Source: Candidatus Hydrogenedentota bacterium
Lineage (GTDB): Bacteria > Hydrogenedentota > Hydrogenedentia > Hydrogenedentales > SLHB01
Direction: 5' to 3'
NCBI GenBank assembly: GCA_029974275.1
Contig: JARKSN010000289.1
Span: 1-64,000 of the forward strand
DNA: 64,000 nt
The translations under genes and the position numbers were made by a program. Below are positions 59,036-64,000 of the stretch, in pieces. Within the stretch, counting starts at the first letter, position 1; each line of letters opens with the position of its first letter. Below the pieces are notes generated by a model. It worked only from the letters and a program-made list of their open reading frames with translations, was not told the origin of the DNA and ran no database searches.

Positions 59036-60754
59036 TCAAAGGCCGATGCGGAGCGCGCCGTTGATGACGCCGGAGACATCGTAGGCGTCGCAGCGTCCGT
59101 CGCCGTCGAGGTCGGCGCGCACGAGGCCGCCGAACAAGCGCAGCGCATGATTGATCGTCACTTGCACATCCATGGCGTCGGTGGAGCCGTCCGCGTTGAT
59201 GTCGCTGGGGTTGACGAGCGGCTTGCCATCGTGGCCCTGGGCCAGCGCGGCGCGAATCTCGTCTCGGGTGACGGTCCAATCGCCGTTGAGGTCAAGGAGG
59301 GCCATCAATTCGCTGGGCGCATCCGGAAACGCCGCAGTCAACTCGTCATAATCCAGGGAACCGTCGTGGTTGGCGTCGGCCTCGATCAAGGCGCGCAAGA
59401 GCGCCAGCTTGTTGCCGTCGTCTGGGGGAAGGGGCGCCGCAGGGGCGTCCTCGGGCGTAAGGACGCCGTCGTCGTTGCGGTCGAGCTGATCGAATCGTTC
59501 CTGGGCGAGATCGGGGATGACCGCCGCGAGTTCATCGAACGTGACCTGTCCGTCGCGGTCGACATCGGCTTCGCGCAATTTTTCGGCCAGCCATTCTCGC
59601 GGATCTCGGGGCCGAACGGGCAGATCCTCTTTGCTGATGACGTTGTCGTCGTTGGCGTCGAGCTTGTCGAATGCTTCCCGCGTCAGCCAGTCGGCCACGG
59701 CCTTGAGTTCGTCAAACGTCACCTCGCCGTTGCCATCCACATCGGCCTGGCGAAGCGATTGGATCAGTCTTTCGATATCGTTGACCGGCGGCTTGGGCAG
59801 ATCGTCCAACGCGATGCTTCCGTCGCCGTCAACGTCCAGCGCGTTGAATTGTTCCTGCGTGACGTTCGGGCATATCGCCTGAAGTTCCGCAAGGCTCACC
59901 TTTCCGTCGTCATCCGCATCCGCTTGTTCAAGGAGATGCACGATCCGCTCGTGCGGGCCCGGCCCGAAAGCCTCAACGTCGTCTGCATTGATCACGGCGT
60001 CGCCGTTGCGATCGAGATGAGCGAACGACTCCTGCGTCAATTCGGGAATCAATGCCTGCAACTCTTCGAAGGTCACGTCGCCGTCATGATCCACATCCGC
60101 GGCGAGAAGGACTCTGCGCAACATCTCGCTGCGGGGAGGCGGCGGTCCAGCGGGAAGATCGTTTCTGTCAAAGGCCCCGTCCCCGTTGCGATCGAGGAAA
60201 CCAAAAGCTTCTTGGGAGAAATGCGGCCAGACCGCTTGCAGTTCGCTCAGGGACAGTTTTCCGTCCTGGCTTGCGTCCGCTTTGAGGAGCAGCCAATGCA
60301 GTCGGGCTCCCATGTTCTCCGGTCCAGGGGCTGGCAGATCATCTGCAGACACCGCCCCGTCGCCGTTGGCGTCCAGTCTGTTGAAACATTCCAGCGGGAT
60401 AGGGTTGGGGAGCGCCTGGACTTCCTGAAACGTGACGCGCCCGTCGTTATTTGCGTCGGCGTGTTCCAGGAGCCGGACGATGGCCAAGGCGGGCGGCGGC
60501 GGGACGGGAATGTCGGCGGCGGTGAGGATTCCGTCGCCGTCGGTATCCATTGCCTCGAACATCGGCTGCGTCATAAACGGAAGCAGCGCTTTTATTTCGG
60601 CGAAGGCGACCTGGCCGTCGCGATTGCGATCGGCTGCTTTCAGGAGTTCCGGGGTAAGTTTGGGCGGCGGCGGAGGTGGCGGCATCAGTGCTGCCGCGCC
60701 TACGGTAAGCAACAATACTGCGCCCAGGAATAGAAACACCCCTCGGTTTATCAT
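59036..60754 (-). CDS. Secreted multi-EF-hand calcium-binding protein with C-terminal dockerin-like domain
   Basis: Signal peptide, poly-Pro; 16 DxDxDG-type loops in 8 pairs; DINADGSTDAMDVQ..DLDGDGRCDAYDV. Confidence 0.85.
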   Translation of the reverse strand: MINRGVFLFLGAVLLLTVGAAALMPPPPPPPKLTPELLKAADRNRDGQVAFAEIKALLPFMTQPMFEAMDTDGDGILTAADIPVPPPPALAIVRLLEHADANNDGRVTFQEVQALPNPIPLECFNRLDANGDGAVSADDLPAPGPENMGARLHWLLLKADASQDGKLSLSELQAVWPHFSQEAFGFLDRNGDGAFDRNDLPAGPPPPRSEMLRRVLLAADVDHDGDVTFEELQALIPELTQESFAHLDRNGDAVINADDVEAFGPGPHERIVHLLEQADADDDGKVSLAELQAICPNVTQEQFNALDVDGDGSIALDDLPKPPVNDIERLIQSLRQADVDGNGEVTFDELKAVADWLTREAFDKLDANDDNVISKEDLPVRPRDPREWLAEKLREADVDRDGQVTFDELAAVIPDLAQERFDQLDRNDDGVLTPEDAPAAPLPPDDGNKLALLRALIEADANHDGSLDYDELTAAFPDAPSELMALLDLNGDWTVTRDEIRAALAQGHDGKPLVNPSDINADGSTDAMDVQVTINHALRLFGGLVRADLDGDGRCDAYDVSGVINGALRIGL

Positions 60755-60950
60755 TTTTCTTCCTCCCATTTTGCTGGCGCATGCGCAGTAGGCGCTGTAG
60801 CGCTCGTGTCGCTTCGTTAAACCCGAAAACGCGGTTGGAGTTCCCGGGAGGAAGCTGTGTCAGATTTGCTGCCTGGGGGGAGACGCCGCGTTTGTGAAAA
60901 ATCGGCGTGGAACCTGTTACAGTGGGCGTCGACGTTTTTCGGGAGGGAAT

Positions 60951-62459
60951 ATGGCGCAGGCATATCCGACGGCAGGGGAAACCGATGATTTCCAGGAAAG
61001 CCAGCTCCGTTTTTCAGAGCGTTATGCGGCCCTGCGCGGCCGTGTCATGCGCGAGGAGACGGATTCCTCGCCTCACGGCCCGGAACAAGCGTTTCATGGC
61101 GTTTGGTATGATCAGCTTTTTAGCGAAACCGGTCTCTGCACCGACGAGGGCATGCCGATCCGCATCGTGTCGCCCGGCTGGTGGAATCATGGCGAGGGAC
61201 CGGATTTCAAAGGGGCGCAGATCGAATTTGCCGGAACCGTCAAAACGGGCGATGTTGAACTGCATATCGATCATTCGGGCTGGCGCCGGCATGGACATCA
61301 TTTGGACGCCCGGTATGACGGCGTCGTATTGCACGTGGTTCTTGATGCGGAGCCCGCCCGTGAACCTCCCGTGACGTCCCTGGGCAGGCGCGTGCCTACG
61401 CTTTTGTTGGGGCGTTTTGTTTCGGGGGACGTGCTTGAACTCGGCGAAGCGCCGGACGCCGGCGATTTCTCCTGTGACGGCGGCGCCTTGGCGCCTAGGG
61501 GACAATGCGCGGCTGCGGCGTTCGGGCGAGACCGTATCGGGGCCTTTCTCGATTTTGCCGGCGATTGGCGCACGTTGACCAAGGCGCGGCTTCTCCGGGA
61601 ACGGGCTGACCGCGTCGGCATGGACCAGGCGGTGTACGAGGCAGTCCTGTCGGCCTGCGGGTTCAGCAGGTACAAGAGCCATTTTCGTCTCATTGCGCAG
61701 CAACTGCCCTATGATCGTGCGCGCCAACTCGCGCGGCAAGACCCGTTGCTGCTCGAAACGGCATTGCTGCAATTGGCGGGGTTGTTGCCGGAGTCGTTGC
61801 CGGAAGGAACGACCGCCGTTCCGCACTTCGCCCGGCTGCGGGCATTGCGGCGAGATCATGTTCCGGGTCTCAAGAAACTGCCCTTGAGTTGGCGTCGCAT
61901 TGGAGTGCGCCCTACGAACTTTCCCGAAAGGCGTCTGGCCGGGGCGGCATTATTTCTGTCGCGGACGGCGCCAGAAGGCCTCGCCGCTACGCTTGACCGG
62001 ATTTGGCGCGCCGAATGCTCCGACAAAGAGCGCTGCGCGGAGTTCGAGGCGTTGTTTCCTGCGGCGATGGGATTCTGGGCAAATCATTGTAGCTGGACGG
62101 GCAAGGAACTGGCGCGCCCTATGTCGACGATAGGACACGCCCGCATCCGGTCGATTATCGGCAACGTATTCATCGCTGCGGAACTCGCCTTGGCGCGGCA
62201 GGCCCGAAACCGTTCGCTCGAAGCGGAAGTCTTCCGTTTCTTTTGCCATTTTCCGAAAGAGGCCGAGAACCGCATCATCAAGGACATGACGACTCGCTTG
62301 TTCGGCAGGGAGCCCGTTCCCGGCCTGCGCTTTCGCCGGCAACAAGGACTTCTCCAGATGCACCAGGATTGGTGCTGCTCCAATCCGGCTTGCGTCGACT
62401 GTCCGGTGTTGCCGCTTCTTGCGGCGCCGGCGATCGCGCGCGAGCAAATCCCATCCTGA
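60951..62459 (+). CDS. DUF2851 family protein
   Basis: SPGWWNHGEGPDF, GDVELH, W..HGH..D..Y..VVLHV, RPTNFPERRL, QQGLLQ, terminal C..C..C. Confidence 0.8.
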   Translation: MAQAYPTAGETDDFQESQLRFSERYAALRGRVMREETDSSPHGPEQAFHGVWYDQLFSETGLCTDEGMPIRIVSPGWWNHGEGPDFKGAQIEFAGTVKTGDVELHIDHSGWRRHGHHLDARYDGVVLHVVLDAEPAREPPVTSLGRRVPTLLLGRFVSGDVLELGEAPDAGDFSCDGGALAPRGQCAAAAFGRDRIGAFLDFAGDWRTLTKARLLRERADRVGMDQAVYEAVLSACGFSRYKSHFRLIAQQLPYDRARQLARQDPLLLETALLQLAGLLPESLPEGTTAVPHFARLRALRRDHVPGLKKLPLSWRRIGVRPTNFPERRLAGAALFLSRTAPEGLAATLDRIWRAECSDKERCAEFEALFPAAMGFWANHCSWTGKELARPMSTIGHARIRSIIGNVFIAAELALARQARNRSLEAEVFRFFCHFPKEAENRIIKDMTTRLFGREPVPGLRFRRQQGLLQMHQDWCCSNPACVDCPVLPLLAAPAIAREQIPS

Positions 62460-62471
62460 CTTGCGAATGCC

Positions 62472-62500
62472 TTGCAATATGTCTACGGCGCTTTTATTAT
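62472..62500 (+). promoter_or_regulatory. Putative sigma70 promoter for moxR
   Basis: TTGCAA-17 nt-TATTAT. Confidence 0.45.
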
Positions 62501-62534
62501 CACGAGATAAGTTAGGAGGCTGGACGATAGCATC

Positions 62535-63494
62535 ATGGGTGAGTTCCGGGACGTCGTAAAGTCCATTATCGCCAATATCGAACAGGTCGTGTTGGACAAG
62601 ACCGCCGTGGTGCGCATGGCCGTCGCGTCCCTGCTGGCCGATGGGCATGTGCTCATGGAAGATGTCCCCGGAGTGGCCAAGACGGTGTTGGTCAAGGCAT
62701 TGGCCATTTCGACGGGATGCGCGTTCGTGCGCATTCAATGCACCCCGGATTTGCTTCCCAGCGATATCAGCGGCGTATCGGTGTATAACCAAAAGACGCA
62801 GGAATTCGAGTTCCGACAGGGGCCGATATTCTCGCAAATTGTGGTGGCGGATGAAATCAACCGAGCCACGCCGCGCACCCAGTCCGCATTGCTCGAGGCC
62901 ATGGCGGAACATCAGGTTTCGGCGGACGGGAAAACCTACAAGCTGAAAGCGCCGTTTCTCGTCTTTGCCACGCAAAATCCGGTCGAACATGAAGGCACGT
63001 TTCCGTTGCCCGAAGCGCAGCTTGACCGTTTCATGATGCGCTTGTCGATGGGATATCCGAGCAACGCGGCCGAGGCCGTTTTGCTCGAACGATCGCGGCT
63101 GGCGCATCCGTTGGATGCATTGCACCCGGTGACCGACGCCGCGACGGTCGTCCGGATGCAAATGGGCGTGCGCGAAGTCTTTGTCCACGAAAAAATAAAG
63201 GAATACATCATCCGCCTCGTGTCGCGAACGCGCGATTGCGTTCATTTCTCGTTAGGCGCGAGTCCCCGCGCGACGATGGCGCTGTTTCGGGCGGCCCAAT
63301 CCTACGCGGCGGTGCAAGGGCGCGGATATGTCATTCCGGACGATATCAAGGCCTTGGCGCATCCCGTGCTGGAACACCGGCTGATTCTGAATCCGGAGAG
63401 CCGATTGCGCCGCGTTACGACGTATAGCGTGTTGCGTGATATAGTCGCTGAGGTTCCGGTGCCGGCTGGCGGAAACGGATTCAAGCAATCTTGA
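62535..63494 (+). CDS. moxR: MoxR-family AAA+ ATPase
   Basis: GHVLMEDVPGVAKT, RIQCTPDLLPSD, ADEINRATPRTQSALLEAM, ATQNP, LPEAQLDRF, GASPR. Confidence 0.93.
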   Translation: MGEFRDVVKSIIANIEQVVLDKTAVVRMAVASLLADGHVLMEDVPGVAKTVLVKALAISTGCAFVRIQCTPDLLPSDISGVSVYNQKTQEFEFRQGPIFSQIVVADEINRATPRTQSALLEAMAEHQVSADGKTYKLKAPFLVFATQNPVEHEGTFPLPEAQLDRFMMRLSMGYPSNAAEAVLLERSRLAHPLDALHPVTDAATVVRMQMGVREVFVHEKIKEYIIRLVSRTRDCVHFSLGASPRATMALFRAAQSYAAVQGRGYVIPDDIKALAHPVLEHRLILNPESRLRRVTTYSVLRDIVAEVPVPAGGNGFKQS

Positions 63495-63560
63495 TGCGGC
63501 GCGGCGCGCGACGCAGGACAGGGTAGCCGATGCATGGGACGCATGACAATGTGGGGTGAC

Positions 63561-64000
63561 ATGAGACGTTGGTTCCGCAGAAAAAGTTCGACGCTTCCGG
63601 ACATGGTCGATGTGAACGATCGCGAGGAATTCGGCGAACGGAACGATCGGATTGACGCCACCCAGGAACTCGAACTCACCCACGTGGGGCCTTACGAAAT
63701 CATCGCCCCCATCGGCACGGGCGGCATGGGGACCGTGTACAAAGCCATCGATCGCGCCAAGGACAGGACGGTCGCCATCAAGGTGCTGGACCGCCGTTAC
63801 GACATCGATCGAAAACGGCGCAAGCGCGATTATCTGGGACGCGAAATCCTCATCGCCGCGTCGCTCCGTCATGACAACATCATCCGGATGCTGGATAAAA
63901 TCGTCGAACAGGAAGACCTCAACGGAAATGTCCGGCGCTGTCTTCTCATGGAGTATATCGACGGACACAACCTGCGCAAGCATATCCAGGACCGCGATTT
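63561..64000 (+). CDS. Ser/Thr protein kinase, 5' part (runs off the window; absent from the ORF track)
   Basis: Manual translation: MRRWFRRK..GPYEIIAPIGTGGMGTVYKA..VAIKVL..REI..LRHDNII..LLMEYIDG. Confidence 0.88.
   Translation, partial: MRRWFRRKSSTLPDMVDVNDREEFGERNDRIDATQELELTHVGPYEIIAPIGTGGMGTVYKAIDRAKDRTVAIKVLDRRYDIDRKRRKRDYLGREILIAASLRHDNIIRMLDKIVEQEDLNGNVRRCLLMEYIDGHNLRKHIQDRD

Noticed and set aside
58961..60733. Long antisense ORFs (590 aa here; also 19273-20874, 28708-30090, 33539-34930, 45494-46870)
   Set aside because: Shadow frames of GC-rich genes on the opposite strand, with no recognisable motifs
62640..62685. MoxR Walker A reading GVAKT as a sign of inactivation
   Set aside because: GVAKT and GLAKT are common variants in MoxR proteins

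Overview
GC-rich bacterial chromosomal window with about 47 genes. I found no rRNA, tRNA, CRISPR array, transposase or prophage. The gene content (DUF4838, GH42-like, dockerin-like/EF-hand secreted proteins, WD40 kinase) resembles Candidatus Hydrogenedentes or PVC-type bacteria, which is inference only. Housekeeping genes: lipA, lipB, hom, thrC, xerD, rnhA, a D-Ala-D-Ala carboxypeptidase, ybaB-fmt-rsmB-PASTA-rpe, purD and moxR. Accessory content: a large secreted S8 protease with FG-GAP repeats, a Zn-ribbon/kinase/TPR/WD40 protein, a solitary MmeI-type (Type IIL) R-M enzyme, and a carotenoid-glycoside cluster containing an unexplained Cys-nucleophile alpha/beta hydrolase. There is also a coupled AlkP-superfamily/GT2/nucleotidyltransferase operon preceded by a GH42-like protein that seems to lack its catalytic glutamates. 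Apparent pseudo-enzymes recur: a xylose-isomerase-like protein behind a structured leader, the GH42-like protein, a REC-GGDEF protein with an intact I-site, and a stand-alone divergent PurH N-terminal domain. All calls come from reading motifs by eye; no searches were run.
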